Below are positions 32,064 through 44,282 of a DNA stretch of 64,000 nt, piece by piece. How positions within the stretch are numbered: position 1 is the first letter of the stretch; each line of letters opens with the position of its first letter. The stretch is from NCBI GenBank assembly GCA_002269645.1, contig NIVC01000858.1:1-64000 (forward strand). The letters run 5' to 3'. The DNA is from Macrostomum lignano. Its lineage: Eukaryota. Position numbers and translations under genes: made by a program. The notes beneath the pieces are model-generated. The model was not told the DNA's origin. It made no database searches and saw nothing but the letters and a program-made list of their open reading frames with translations.

Positions 32064-33310
32064 TACCACCAAATCGAGGCGAAAGTCCATCAAATCTAAG
32101 CACAACCACCAAATCGAGGCAAAAGTCCATCAAATCTAAGCACAACCACCAAATCGAGGCAAAAGTCCATCAAATCTAAGCGCAATACCACCAAATCGAG
32201 GCAAAAGTCCATCAAATCTAAGCACAACCACCAAATCGAGGCAAAAGTCCATCAAATCTAAGCGCAATACCACCAAATCGAGGCAAAAGTCCATCAAATC
32301 TAAGCGCAATACCACCAAATCGAGGCAAAAGTCCATCAAATCTAAGCGCAATACCACCAAATCGAGGCAAAAGTCCATCAAATCTAAGCACAACCACCAA
32401 ATCGAGGCAAAAGTCCATCAAATCTAAGCGCAATACCACCAAATCGAGGCGAAGGTCCATCAAATCTAAGCGCAATACCACCAAATCGAGGCGAAGGTCC
32501 ATCAAATCTAAGCGCAATACCACCAAATCGAGGCAAAAGTCCACAAGATCTAAGCGCAATACTACCAAATCGAGGCAAAAGTCCACAAGATCTAAGCGCA
32601 ATACACCAAATCGAGGCAAAAGTCCACAAGATCTAAGCGCAATACCACCAAATCGAGGCAAAAGTCCACAAGATCTAAGTGCAATACCACCAAATCGAGG
32701 CAAAAGTCCACAAGATCTAAGCGCAATACCACCAAATCGAGGCAAAAGTCCACAAGATCTAAGCACAATACCACCAAATCGAGGCAAAAGTCCACAAGAT
32801 CTAAGCGCAATACCACCAAATCGAGGCAAAAGTCCACAAGATCTAAGCGCAATACCACCAAATCGAGGCAAAAGTCCACAAGATCTAAGCGCAATACTAC
32901 CAAATCGAGGCAAAAGTCCACAAGATCTAAGCGCAATACCACCAAATCGAGGCAAAAGTCCACAAGATCTAAGCGCAATACCACCAAATCGAGGCAAAAG
33001 TCCACAAGATCTAAGCACAATACCACCAAATCGAGGCAAAAGTCAACTAAATCTAAGTGCGAGTCCACCAACTCTAAGCGCAATTCCACCAGTAAGCGCA
33101 ATTCCACCCAGTAAGCGCAATTCCACCCAGTGTAAGCGCAATTCCACCCAGTGTAAGCGCAATTCCACCTAGTATAAGCGCAATTCCACCCAGTAAGCGC
33201 AATTCCACCCAGTGTAAGCGCAATTCCACCTAGTATAAGCGCAATTCCACCCATTAAGCGCAATTCCACCCAGTGTAAGCGCAATTCACCAAATCTAAGC
33301 ACAATTCCAC
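32064..33310. repeat. 42-bp minisatellite (ccaccaaatcgaggcaaaagtccatcaaatctaagcgcaata)n, grading into ~21-23-bp subunits at 33065-33310
   Basis: Tandem periodicity. The unit is a multiple of 3, hence the long periodic ORFs. Confidence 0.95.
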
Positions 33311-33489
33311 CATACCACACAGACAAATTTAGTAGGTAATACGCTCGTAGAATCACAGTGCTCCATGTTTCATAACGTTGCTTAGTTATCAACGGCCTTC
33401 TGAAAAACGTTGCCAATTCTGGCTGGCACTGCACAGCTTCGGGTTAGCGGTCAAAGACTTCATCCAGAATGCTTACTTCAAGTATTTTT

Positions 33490-33860
33490 CGGTCGGCATG
33501 GCAACCTAGCAGCACTAAATGATTGCAAATGATTGCTTTGGGAATGGCGCGATGGACCTTTGATCCGAGGGTGGCCGTGCTTGGAGAGTGGCGCCTGCGG
33601 CAGCAGCAGCAGCAGATCTCCAAGTGCTCATTGTGTGCCATGCCGAGCTGCTCAGTGCATGCTCGGTTACCGCTGCGCTATCTTAGAGATAAGTTTGGCT
33701 CAGGCGTTGCTGGGGAAAATCTCGCACCCAGGTTGGACTTCGCCTCTGGAGCTGCCTATAATTGCAGCTCAGGTGCATTGCAGAGCGGCGCACGGTTTAA
33801 AGCAGACTGCGGTCAGATCTGTGAGATTGCCTGAGCTCAAGTGCCCGCGGGAGTTTTGGA
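33490..33860 (+). repeat. Dispersed ~370-bp repeat, with a diverged second copy at ~37240-37520
   Basis: Shared blocks ggcatggcaac, gatggacctttga, gcttggaga and cgctgcgctatcttagagataa in the same order and orientation. Confidence 0.65.
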
Positions 33861-33904
33861 TTGCACAGTGAGTTCAATGCATGTTTCATTTTTTGTAGCT
33901 CACA

Positions 33905-34150
33905 GTTTGAGCTTGTGAAGTTCGAGCTTGTGAAGGTTGAGCTGTGTGAAGGTTGAGCTAGTGAAGGTTGAGCTAGTGAAGGTTGAGCTAGTGAAGGTTG
34001 AGCTAGTGAAGGTTGAGCTAGTGAAGGTTGAGCTAGTGAAGGTTGAGCTAGTGAAGGTTGAGCTAGTGAAGGTTGAGCTAGTGAAGGTTGAGCTAGTGAA
34101 GGTTGAGCTAGTGAAGGTTGAGCTTGTAAAGGTTGAGCTTGTGAATTTCG
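33905..34150. repeat. 15-bp tandem repeat (gtgaaggttgagcta)n
   Basis: Near-perfect periodicity. Confidence 0.95.
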
Positions 34151-34236
34151 AGTTTGTGAGGTGTCGAGCCCATAGAACATTCCCATCCCAATCGATTCAA
34201 AACGATTGCCAACTCGCCGCCCCTGTCAACCCGCAG

Positions 34237-37200
34237 GCATGTCGAACTCGGGAGAGGCAGCTCGGATCTCTGCGCTGGCCGCAGACTTCATCCGCCTTTA
34301 CGGTCGCTCCGGCATCGCCTACGGCCGCAATGTCACCGACTTCTTGGCCGGCATCAGCATGAGCCCCGGCCTGCTGAGTAAGGCGGCTGCGGCCGGCGCC
34401 CAGCTGGAGGTGAGCAAATCATAACTATAGAGTGGTTGTCCACGTACGTGGACTGCCTGCTGTGCGACGCTGGGGCGCCCGACACTGCCAACGGAGCGAC
34501 TTCGTTTGCTCCCAGGCTCTGCGGCGCGCCATCTGACGCGCCTTGCTTTAACTGACTTTGCTTGCGGGGTCGCGTGTTTTGTGGTTGTTTGTAGAGTGGT
34601 TGCTATGCAGCTCAGCTACCCAATTCATCCCCATAGAGTGGTTGCTATGCAGCTCAACTACCCAATTCAGCCTCATTTGCCATGCAGCTCAGCCACTCAA
34701 TTCAGTCCCATAAGTGGTTGCCATGCAGCTCAGCTACCCAATCCAGTCCCATAGAGTGGTTGCCATGCAGCTCAGCTACCCAATTCAGTCTCATAGAGTT
34801 GTTGCCATGCAGCTCAGCTACCCAATCCAGTCCCATAGAGTGGTTGCCATGCAGCTCAGCTACCCAATTCTGTCTCATAGAGTTGTTGCCATGCAGCTCA
34901 GCTACCCAATTCAGCCTCATTTGCCATGCAGCTCAGCCACCCAATTCAGTCCCATAGAGTGGTTGCCATGCAGCTCAGCTACCCAATTCAGCCCCATAGA
35001 GTGGTTGCCATGCAGCTCAGACACTGAATTCAGCCTCATAGACGCCAGCCCAACCCGCAACCCCTCGCAGTGCCCCAGCCAGCCATCCAGCCTGATGCCC
35101 CTGGCTTGGACTCCGCGCAATGCCAGCCACCTGGTCGCCACCCTGCTGGCGGGAATTCAAACCCCGGCCTGCTACGACGGGCGCCTGCCGACTTCAGGAC
35201 TCAGCGCGGGTGCGCCGCTTCCTGGCTTTGAATTGGGCAACGGGTTTGGAGGCGGTCACGGAGGCGGTCACGGAGACGGGCACAGTCACGGTGCTCCAAG
35301 TCCAGCTCAAGGTGAGAAACGTGACGCTGTTAATATTTGAGTCTCCAGTTGGGGCTGCTCAACCGGGCTTGTTCAGCAGGATTGGCGACCCCTCCCCCTG
35401 CCCGCAGTGTGGGGCTTCGGCCTGCTGTTCGTCACCCTCATCAACCTGTGCGCCCTGGTGGGCATCAGCTTCCTGCCGTGCATCGGCCGCCGGCTGTTCA
35501 ACCTGCTGATGGCCTTCATGACGGCCCTGGCCGTGAGCTCGCTGACTGCCACCGCCTTGCTGGTCCTGCTGCCTGAGGTACGTCAGGGGGGCTCCAGCCT
35601 TGGGGTCCCTGTAGTGCCATGCCATCAGTTTGAGTGCCATGCCATCAGTTTGAGTGTCATGCCATCAGTTTGAGTGCAATGCCATCAGTTTGAGTGCTAT
35701 GCCATCAGTTTGAGTGCCATGCCATCAGTTTGAGTGCAATGCCATCATTTTGAGTGCCATGCCATCAGTTTGAGTGCAATGCCATCAGTTTGAGTGTCAT
35801 GCCATCATTTTGAGTGCCATGCCATCAGTTTGAGTGCCATGCCATTAGTTTGAGTGCCATGCCATCATTTTGAGTGCCATGCCATCATTTTGAATGCAAT
35901 GCCATCATTTTGAGCGCCATGCCATCAGTTTGAGTGCAATGCCATCAGTTTGAGTGTCATGCCATCATTTTGAGTGCCATGCCATCATTTTGAGTGCCAT
36001 GCCATCAGTTTGAGTGCAATGCCATCAGTTTGAGTGCCATGCCATCAGTTTGAGTGCCATGCCATCAGTTTGAGTGCAATGCCATCAGTTTGAGTGCAAT
36101 GCCATCATTTTGAGTGCCATGCCATCAGTTTGAGTGCAATGCCATCATTTTGAGTGCCATGCCATCAGTTTGAGTGCAATGCCATCAGTTTGAGTGTCAT
36201 GCCATCATTTTGAGTGCCATGCCATCAGTTTGAGTGCCATGCCATTAGTTTGAGTGCCATGCCATCATTTTGAGTGCCATGCCATCATTTTGAGTGCCAT
36301 GCCATCAGTTTGAGTGCCATGCCATCAGTTTGAGTGTCATGCCATTAGTTTGAGTGTCACGCCATCAGTTTGAGTGCCATGCTATCATTTTGAGTGCCAT
36401 GCCATCAGTTTGAGTGCCATGCCATCATTTTGAGCGCCATGCCATCAGTTTGAGTGTCATGCCATCAGTTTGAGTGCCATGCCGTCAGTTTGAGCGCCAT
36501 GTTATCAGTTTGAGTGCCATGCCATCAGTTTGAGTGCCATGCCATTAGTTTGAGTGCCATGCCATCAGTTTGAGCGCCATGCCATCAGTTTGAGTGCCAT
36601 GCCATCAGTTTGAGTGCCATGCCATCAGTTTGAGTGCCATGCCATCAGTTTGAGTGTCATGCCATCAGTTTGAGTGCCATGCCATCAGTTTGAGTGCCAT
36701 GCCATCAGTTTGAGTGCCATGCCATCAGTTTGAGTGCCATGCCATTAGTTTGAGTGCCATGCCATCAGTTTGAGTGCCATGCCATCAGTTTGAGTGCCAT
36801 GCCATCAGTTTGAGTGCCATGCCATCAGTTTGAGCGCCATGCCATCAGTTTGAGTGTCATGCCATCAGTTTGAGTGCCATGCCATCAGTTTGAGTGCCAT
36901 GCCATCAGTTTGAGTGCCATGCCATCATTTTGAGCGCCATGCCATCATTTTGAGTGCCATGCCATCATTTTGAGTGCCATGCCATCATTTTGAGCGCCAT
37001 GCCATCAGTTTGCCATGTATGCCATCAGCTTCAACCCGATGAAACTGCAATGCCACCCAATCTAAGCGCAGGGCCATCCATGCCAGCAAAGCGCTAGAAA
37101 TCATAGAAATACTGGGTGCCCCGTTTACCTGCAGCGAGCGCAAGTCGACTTTTATCAGGAGTCTTCTAAAACTGTTATTTTAGTCAGTTCTCATTTCAAA

Positions 37201-40200
37201 AGAATCCAGTCAACAGTCAGACCAGTTTTGTGCTCATTTTCCTGTTGGCATGGCAACTCAGCAGCGGCGATAGCGCACGGTTTGCAATGGCCTGATGGAC
37301 CTTTGAGCTCAGCGAGGCCGCGCTTGGAGAATGTCGCCTGCGTCACCAGGGACACCGGCAGAAACCAATGCCCATTGCGCCAATTGCGTTCCCACCGCTG
37401 CGCTATCTTAGAGATAACAGGGCTGTGCGGGCTCGCTAGATTGGGGCCGAGAATCTTTATTGCACAGCTGTGCGTTGCAGACTTTATTGGGCTTTGCTCG
37501 CTAGGTAACTGGGTATTGATAACAGTTACTGTCCTGCAGTCTGAGTCCACCATCTCAGTCTCAGTGGATCAATATCAGTGCAGTCTGTGGTCAGCCTAGA
37601 TTGATCAGTGCAGTCTGTGGTCAGCATAGATTGATCAGTGCAGTCTGTGGTCAGCCTAGATTGATCAGTGCAGTCTGTGGTCAGCCTAGATTGATCAGTG
37701 CAGTCTGTGGTCAGCCTAGATTGATCAGTGCAGTCTGTGGTCAGCCTAGATTGATCAGTGCAGTCTGTGGTCAGCCTAGATTGATCAGTGCAGTCTGTGG
37801 TCAGCCTAGATTGATCAGTGCAGTCTGTGGTCAGCCTAGATTGATCAGTGCAGTCTGTGGTCAGCCTAGATTGATCAGTGCAGTCTGTGGTCAGCCTAGA
37901 TTGATCAGTGCAGTCTGTGGTCAGCCTAGATTGATCAGTGCAGTCTGTGGTCAGCCTAGATTGATCAGTGCAGTCTGTGGTCAGCCTAGATTGATCAGTG
38001 CAGTCTGTGGTCAGCCTAGATTGATCAGTGCAGTCTGTGGTCAGCCTAGATTGATCAGTGCAGTCTGTGGTCAGCCTAGATTGATCAGTGCAGTCTGTGG
38101 TCAGCCTAGATTGATCAGTGCAGTCTGTGGTCAGCCTAGATTGATCAGTGCAGTCTGTGGTCAGCCTAGATTGATCAGTGCAGTCTGTGGTCAGCCTAGA
38201 TTGATCAGTGCAGTCTGTGGTCAGCCTAGATTGATCAGTGCAGTCTGTGGTCAGCCTAGATTTTAAACATTAAAGTCCATGTTTTTCTCCGCAGTGCTTG
38301 CAGCTGGAATTCATACACGAGGAGGTGAACAAGGAGAACTCCAGCCTCATCCATCACCATCACGACCATGACCACCATGATCACCATGATCACCACGCGT
38401 TCCATGGCTCTGCCCACACCAGCTGGGAGGACTTTCTCTCCGAGCACCCGTGGTACCTGTGGCGCTGCTGCACCGTGTTCGGGGGCATCTACCTGTTCTT
38501 CCTTATCGAACGCCTGCTCAAAGAGCTCATCCGGATGAAGGCAAGTCCAATTCAAGAGCACCTGAAAAGCTGCCGATATGTAGCGATAATAACTTTTCAA
38601 CTTCAGCCAATCAGAAGTTGAATCTGCTGGTGGGGTTCTGAGAACAGCATTGTTGGATATTGTAAAGGAGTTCGGCTTTTAAAACCCATTTTCCAAGACA
38701 TCGCTGGGCTGCTCTGATTGGCTGACGCAACCAAATTCCCCACAGGGAGGCGGCAGCTTCGGCCACGGTCACTCGCACGCGCTGCCGGAGCCGCAGCTGC
38801 AGCAGGAGGACTCGTCTACCGCCCTGGCCAGCTACAAGTCCGCCCGCGTCTCCCCGGCCCCGCCAGTCGATGCGGAGTCGCCGCGTCAAAAAGAGGCTCC
38901 GCCGTCCGGGGAGCCGGCGGCGTACGGGGCGGCCACCGTCCTGCCGGTGGAGGTCGCGGAGGACGGCGCCGCCTGCTGTAGCGACGGCGCGGCTGCTGGC
39001 AGCGGCAGCGGCGGCAACGCGGGCTCCGTGTCCACCCGCCTGGTGAAGGTGCAGCCGGTGGCCTGGATGATTTTGCTGGGCGACGCGCTGCACAACTTCG
39101 TCGACGGCCTGAGCATCGGGGTGGCCTTCAGCCGCTCCACCCTCAGCGGCGTCAGCATCTCCTTGGCGGTGCTGTGCGAGGAGCTGCCGCACGAGCTCGG
39201 CGACTTCGCCATCCTGCTGTCGGCCGGGATGTCCATGCCGATGGCGCTGCTGTGCAACTTCCTGTCCGCCTGCACCTGCTACCTTGGCTTCGCGCTGGGC
39301 GTCGCACTGGGCGAAACCGACGCCAGCGTGTGGATCTTCGCCATCGCCAGCGGCATGTTCTTGTACATCGGCCTGGTGGACATGGTGAGCTTGGGGCTGG
39401 CATCCTGTGTCCGATGAGGTCCGGGGTGTCCGATGGGATCCGGGGTGTCCGATGAGGTCCGGGGTGTCTGGTGGTGTCCGGGGTGTCTGGTGGGTCCGGG
39501 GGTGTCCGATGGGATCCGGGGTGTCCGATGAGGTCCGGGGTGTCTGGTGGTGTCCGGGGTGTCTGGTGGGTCCGGGGGTGTCCGATGGGATCCGGGGTGT
39601 CCGATGAGGTCCGGGGTGTCCGATGGGATCCGGGGTGTCCGATGAGGTCCGGGGTGTCCAATGGGCTCCGGGGCGTCTGCTGGGATCCGAGGTGTCCGAT
39701 GAGGTCCCGGGTGTCCGATGAGGTCCGGGGTGTCCGATGGGGTCCGGGGTGTCCGATGGGGTCCGGGGTGTCCGATGAGATCCGGGTGTCCGATGGGGTC
39801 CGGAGTCCGATGAGGTCCGGGGTGTCCGATGGGGTCCGGGGTGTCTGATGAGATCCGGGGTGTCCGATGGGGTCTGGGGTGTCCGATGGGGTCCGGGGTG
39901 TCCGATGGGGTCCGGGGTGTCCGATGAGATCCGGGTGTCCGATGGGGTCCGGGGTGTCCGATGGGGTCCGGGGTGTCCGATGGGGTCCGGGGTGTCCGAT
40001 GAGGTCCAGGGTGTCCGATGGGGTCCGGGGTGTCCGATGAGGTCCGGGGTGTCCGATGGGGTCCGGGGTGTCCGATGGGGTCCGGGGTGCGGGGTGTCTG
40101 GTGGGTCCGGGATGGCCATCTTAAATCTGCTGGTGGGGTTCTGAGAACAGCACTGTTGGATATTATAAAGGAGTTGCTGAGACAGTGTGGAACAGTGAAG

Positions 40201-40372
40201 CCTCCTCCGCCGTTTCCAGCTGCCCGCGGTGAGCAGCTCGCTGGAGCAGCCGGAGGCCCGGCAGTCCGGCAGGGCGAAGCTGTTCGCCCTGCAGAACCTC
40301 GGCCTGTTGGTCGGATTCGTCGCCATCCTGATGCTGGCCGTCTACGGCGGCAACATCTCGCTGGGAGAGTGA
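34237..40372 (+). CDS. SLC39A: ZIP family (SLC39A, LIV-1 subfamily; ZIP8/ZIP14-type motif) divalent metal transporter
   Basis: Exons 34237-34409 (ATG at 34239 or a further upstream exon), 35071-35311, 35408-35577 (TM1-2, [26 protein letters not shown]), 38295-38540 (His-rich loop, TM3), 38746-39384 ([31 protein letters not shown]) and 40220-40372 (QNLGLLVGF..). Phases are compatible; one GC donor. Confidence 0.93.
34590..35040. repeat. ~42-bp minisatellite in a ZIP intron
   Basis: Unit gttgccatgcagctcagctacccaatccagtcccatagagtg. Confidence 0.92.
35615..37030. repeat. 20-bp minisatellite (gccatcagtttgagtgccat)n, ~70 copies, in a ZIP intron
   Basis: Exact 20-bp register visible line after line. 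Confidence 0.97.
37560..38262. repeat. Near-perfect 30-bp tandem repeat (ttgatcagtgcagtctgtggtcagcctaga)n, ~23 copies, in a ZIP intron
   Basis: Copies are identical apart from the first ones; source of the spurious [13 protein letters not shown]. Confidence 0.97.
39405..40110. repeat. 19-20-bp G-rich minisatellite (ggggtgtccgatggggtcc)n in the last ZIP intron
   Basis: Tandem periodicity. Confidence 0.95.
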
Positions 40373-40451
40373 CGGCGGGCTCGGGCTGCGCGGTCTTGAT
40401 TGAGGAGCTCCGAGCTGCCGTCGCGCTAAAGTCTGACACTGAGACTGTGGT

Positions 40452-40580
40452 CTATTAAAGTACAAATAGTTTACATGGGTTCTGTGATTTATTAAAGTAC
40501 AAAGTGTTCACACGGGTTCTGTGATATATTAAAGTACAATGTGTTTGCACGGGTTCTGTGATTTATTAAAGTACAATGTG
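40452..40580. repeat. ~38-bp repeat x4 downstream of the ZIP stop codon
   Basis: Unit tattaaagtacaa..gttt(a/g)cacgggttctgtga. Confidence 0.8.
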
Positions 40581-41358
40581 AATTCAGTAGAGGCAAGGTC
40601 TGTCTGCAGTGGTGCATATAATTTTGTCCTGATTATTTTCTTTGAAATTCCTAAATCAAATTATTCGGTATACGTTCTGTAGTCTGAGTAAATAAAAGCA
40701 TAAGTTTACTACTCTACTGTCAGTAGTGCAACTACGTCTGCTTATTGGAATTTATTCAAGAGGTGAATGCGAAACCAACTAAATATAATCCAAGTCTGTC
40801 TGTCTGTTTGTCTGTCTGTCGGTCAGGAAAGGAAATGAAAACCAGAAATCGAACTCAAAGTTGAGGATTTTTCGGGTTTACGAGTATTTTGTCTAATAGG
40901 CAGTCATAGTATAGTGGAAGACAGCTTTTAGCATGCACATGTATTCCAATAAATTATACGGACGAAATTGTTTTCATTGAATTACAAGTCAAATTGGCAG
41001 GGGGACAAAGCACTGGTAGAGAGTTTGGAGGCGATTGAAAAGAATTTATTAGAACTCGAAGCAGAATTCCAAGCGTAAATTTGGGCCTATTTCCAGTTTT
41101 GGGTTCTTAGGTACCAGCGTACATGATCATGAAATCATGTAAAAAAATTTTGGCAATGGAAGTAGAGTTCAGTGTCTTATGAAATGAAGCTTAGTACATA
41201 CATACAGACAGACAGACATACAAACAAGGATAAGACATTTAGTGTAGTTGGATGTTCAGAAAACTTATTATAAAGAGCTACGAATACTAAAAAAGTAATT
41301 TTTTAGAACTTCTAGTAACAAAATCGCGATCCTCCTGTGCAGATTGGCGAAGTTCTTC

Positions 41359-42285
41359 CTAGTGCAGGCCTTGCCGCCTCACCTTCTCCTCCAGCTCAGC
41401 GATCCGGGCATCCTTGGCACTGCTCTCCATCTGCAGCTCAGCGATCCGGTCATCCTTCTCCAGGTCCCGCTTCAAAAACTCCAGCGCCGTTTTCAGGGCC
41501 TCCTCGGTCTCCCCGTTCAGCTGGATGGCTCCGGCTATGTCGACGCTGCTCTTCAGATCAGAGGCGATGGCGTGCAGCTTGCCGGAGTTGAGTTTGATGT
41601 CAGCGGCCAGCTGTCGCATCTCTTTCACATTGAGCACCGTATGGGCGGCCAACGCCCCAGCTCCAGCGCTACAGACGGCACCAGCAGTGATGGCGCCAGC
41701 AGCAGCCCAGGTGGCTCCCCCGGTGAAGAAGCCGAAAGCCAAAGCGCCAGCTCCAAGAGCCGCCAGGCCGACTGTTCCAGCGGCTCCCCAGTTCCTGGAG
41801 CGGCTGGCTGCCCTGTCCGTCTCCTCAGACTGCTGCTTCAGCTTCTCCGCCAGCCGCACCGCGAGCTGCTGCGACTTACTGAGGTGGCCCACGAAGCTGT
41901 CGAAAGCACCGAAGAAGTCTTTGGCCATTCTATGGGCCTTGTCCAGTTCGTCGCTAAACTCTTCAATATTCGCAGGTGGAATGTTGAAGCGACCCAAGAT
42001 TTTCGAACGAAGACAGTCCTCAAAATCCTTGATTTTCTCAGGGAATTTCTTAAGCCAAACCTCAAGCTTTTCCTCGGATTCAAGAACCATCTGCAACTCC
42101 TGCTTCAGCTTCTCCATCAGCGGCTCATGTGGAAGGTTGATTTTTTCAACTTGTCTGGCATTGTCCCTCGTGCTTTCAGCAATAATTTCCAGCTCGGAAT
42201 TTTTTTTTTTAAGCAGCTTCATGGTCTTGACTGCGTCACCAAGGCCAGCCAGCACCTTGCCGATATTGCTCAGGTTCTCTGACAT
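41359..42285 (-). CDS. Intronless 308-aa coiled-coil protein with a central Gly/Ala-rich hydrophobic hairpin (ApoL/ClyA-like architecture), copy 1
   Basis: Open frame. Heptad-rich helices flank WGAAGTVGLAALGAGALAFGFFTGGATWAAAGAITAGAVCSAGAGALAAH; clearly paralogous to the next two ORFs. Confidence 0.85.
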   Translation of the reverse strand: MSENLSNIGKVLAGLGDAVKTMKLLKKKNSELEIIAESTRDNARQVEKINLPHEPLMEKLKQELQMVLESEEKLEVWLKKFPEKIKDFEDCLRSKILGRFNIPPANIEEFSDELDKAHRMAKDFFGAFDSFVGHLSKSQQLAVRLAEKLKQQSEETDRAASRSRNWGAAGTVGLAALGAGALAFGFFTGGATWAAAGAITAGAVCSAGAGALAAHTVLNVKEMRQLAADIKLNSGKLHAIASDLKSSVDIAGAIQLNGETEEALKTALEFLKRDLEKDDRIAELQMESSAKDARIAELEEKVRRQGLH

Positions 42286-43535
42286 GATTCAATTAGTTAA
42301 ACAGGAAACTTTCACTTTCACTTTTGATTTTACTTGTTTAGCCTTCTTATAACATTAATTTCTTTCTTTTAAAATCATGTATATGTATCTCAGAGTCTCA
42401 TACTGCTGAACTACGAGTACACTTGGGGACGGCGATGTCGCGCAAATAAAAAAGCGACTGTCGCACTCTGCACGATGCCTGCACCAGCCAACCAATGACT
42501 GCATAGCAAAACTTGTTTTGACTCAACTCAGAGCCTTTGTTTAGGGTCTGTAACAACTGCTTTTTCGGCAGGGCTCACTTTGCCTTGCAGCTGCCACACA
42601 GGGTCACAGAGTGCTGTGTACGCTGGGCAAAAACTGAAGTTCCCTTTCTTACGGCGTACATTGTTACGGAGAGCATTTCCATGAACTTAATAATGCCGCA
42701 TTCAAATGAGCCAACTTGCTCTGAGCAGGAGTTCTGACTCTCTCTCAATGCAATGAAGCGCGCCGTTTTAGCTCGTACGTTCGGAGCGGCTCGAAATGGC
42801 TCACTGTGCCCGCCGTTCGAGAGTTCTGAATCTGAGTAGAATTGGCGCATGGCAAACCATGTTTTTAAAGCACAGTTGATGAAGCTTTTTTCACAAGAGC
42901 TACAAAGATACACAAACTCCAGCCAGGAAAATGCATCGAAAATTAAATAAAAAACAAAAAAATTATGCATTAAGAAAATAAATAGTAGTGGAAAATGCAA
43001 ATCCAGGCCAAGAAAATCCAGTTGTCCTCGGCCTCTCTAACTCCTATGCGAAATTATTAAACTGGGCATACGCTGGCAGTGCATTAGAAACTATCAATGT
43101 CTATCCCTGAATGCGACTCCAGGAAATTCGCAGCTCAGCGAGAAACTAACACTACATATAAGTTTTGATGAAAAACTTCATTTTATGTCTGCAATGCTCG
43201 CGATGCAATCTAGGAGCAGAAATTTGCCTTCGATTATTAAGGGTTTTGTGGGGACATTACAAAATGATGCTTATTACATATCGGAGGCAAAAGTTGTGTA
43301 ACAAAAGGGATAATTTTGTACTGCAAGCAATATAGATACCAGGTGGAACAAAAAGTACTCGGCCTCACCTAGGAATGCGTGTCTACAATGAAAAAGCTCG
43401 AAAAAAGAATTAAAAATTTAAAAGATTTATAATTTTTTTTCCTTATTGTTTTAACTTCTCCGCCACACAATTCATTCATTTTGTTGTGCTATCTCTTGTT
43501 GCTGACCAGTGCTCCCTAAGGAACTAAGGAACTCC

Positions 43536-44282
43536 TTAGTTCTCAGTCCTTACTAAGGAACTCAAGCACACTTCCCTTTCACATTCACGCGCCTTGTAAA
43601 CACATGATTCCAGCTCCTTAGCAATCACGTGCAACTTGCTAGACTTCTCTTCGATGTCAGCGGCCATGCTTTGCGTCTTTTTCACGCTGAGCACCGTGTG
43701 GGTGGCCATGCACTGCTCCAGTTCGGAACCATATGCGGAACCAGCGAAAGCGCCAGCAGCAACCCAGGTGGCTCCGCCGGTAAAGAAGTCTTCAAGAACA
43801 GCCAGGCCGACGGTGCCAGCGGCTCCCCAGTTCCTGGAGCGGCTGGCTGCCCTGTCCATCTCCTCAGACTGCTGCTTCAGCTTCTCCTCCAGCTGCACCG
43901 CGAGCTGCTGCGACGTACTGAGGTGGCCCACGAAGCTGTCGAAAGCGTCGTAGATGCTTTCAGTCATGTTGTGGGTCTTGTCCAGTTTTTCGCTAAACTC
44001 TCTAACAGGAATGTTTCTTGCTGCACGAAGCAAGTCCTCGAACTTCTTGATTTTCACAAGAAATGCCTTGAGCCCGACCTCAAGCTTTGCCCCGGACTCC
44101 CGAACCCTATGCAATTCCTGCTTCAGCCTCTCCAGCAGCGACTCCTGTGGCAGGTTGATTGCTTCAACTTTGCTGGCATTGTCCTTCGTGCTTTCAATAA
44201 TGTTGCACAGCTCGGAACTGTTCCTTTGAAGCAGCTTCATGGTCTTGGCTGCTTGACCAATGTTTATCAGCACCTCGTCCAT
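43536..44282 (-). CDS. Intronless paralogue, copy 2 (~248 aa; shortened hairpin with charged residues, short C-terminus)
   Basis: ATG at 44282. Shares INLP.E.LL..LKQEL, FVGHLS.SQQLAV.L.EKLKQQSEE.DRAASRSRNWGAAG and FFTGGATW with copy 1. Confidence 0.78.
   Translation of the reverse strand: MDEVLINIGQAAKTMKLLQRNSSELCNIIESTKDNASKVEAINLPQESLLERLKQELHRVRESGAKLEVGLKAFLVKIKKFEDLLRAARNIPVREFSEKLDKTHNMTESIYDAFDSFVGHLSTSQQLAVQLEEKLKQQSEEMDRAASRSRNWGAAGTVGLAVLEDFFTGGATWVAAGAFAGSAYGSELEQCMATHTVLSVKKTQSMAADIEEKSSKLHVIAKELESCVYKARECEREVCLSSLVRTEN

Noticed and set aside
28324-38266. Long periodic ORFs ([46 protein letters not shown]) suggesting repeat proteins
   Set aside because: They coincide with minisatellites, are open in several frames and on both strands, and some lie inside ZIP introns.
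38611-40439. 571-aa and 386-aa minus-strand ORFs antisense to ZIP
   Set aside because: Shadow frames of GC-rich exons plus a minisatellite; no recognisable domain.
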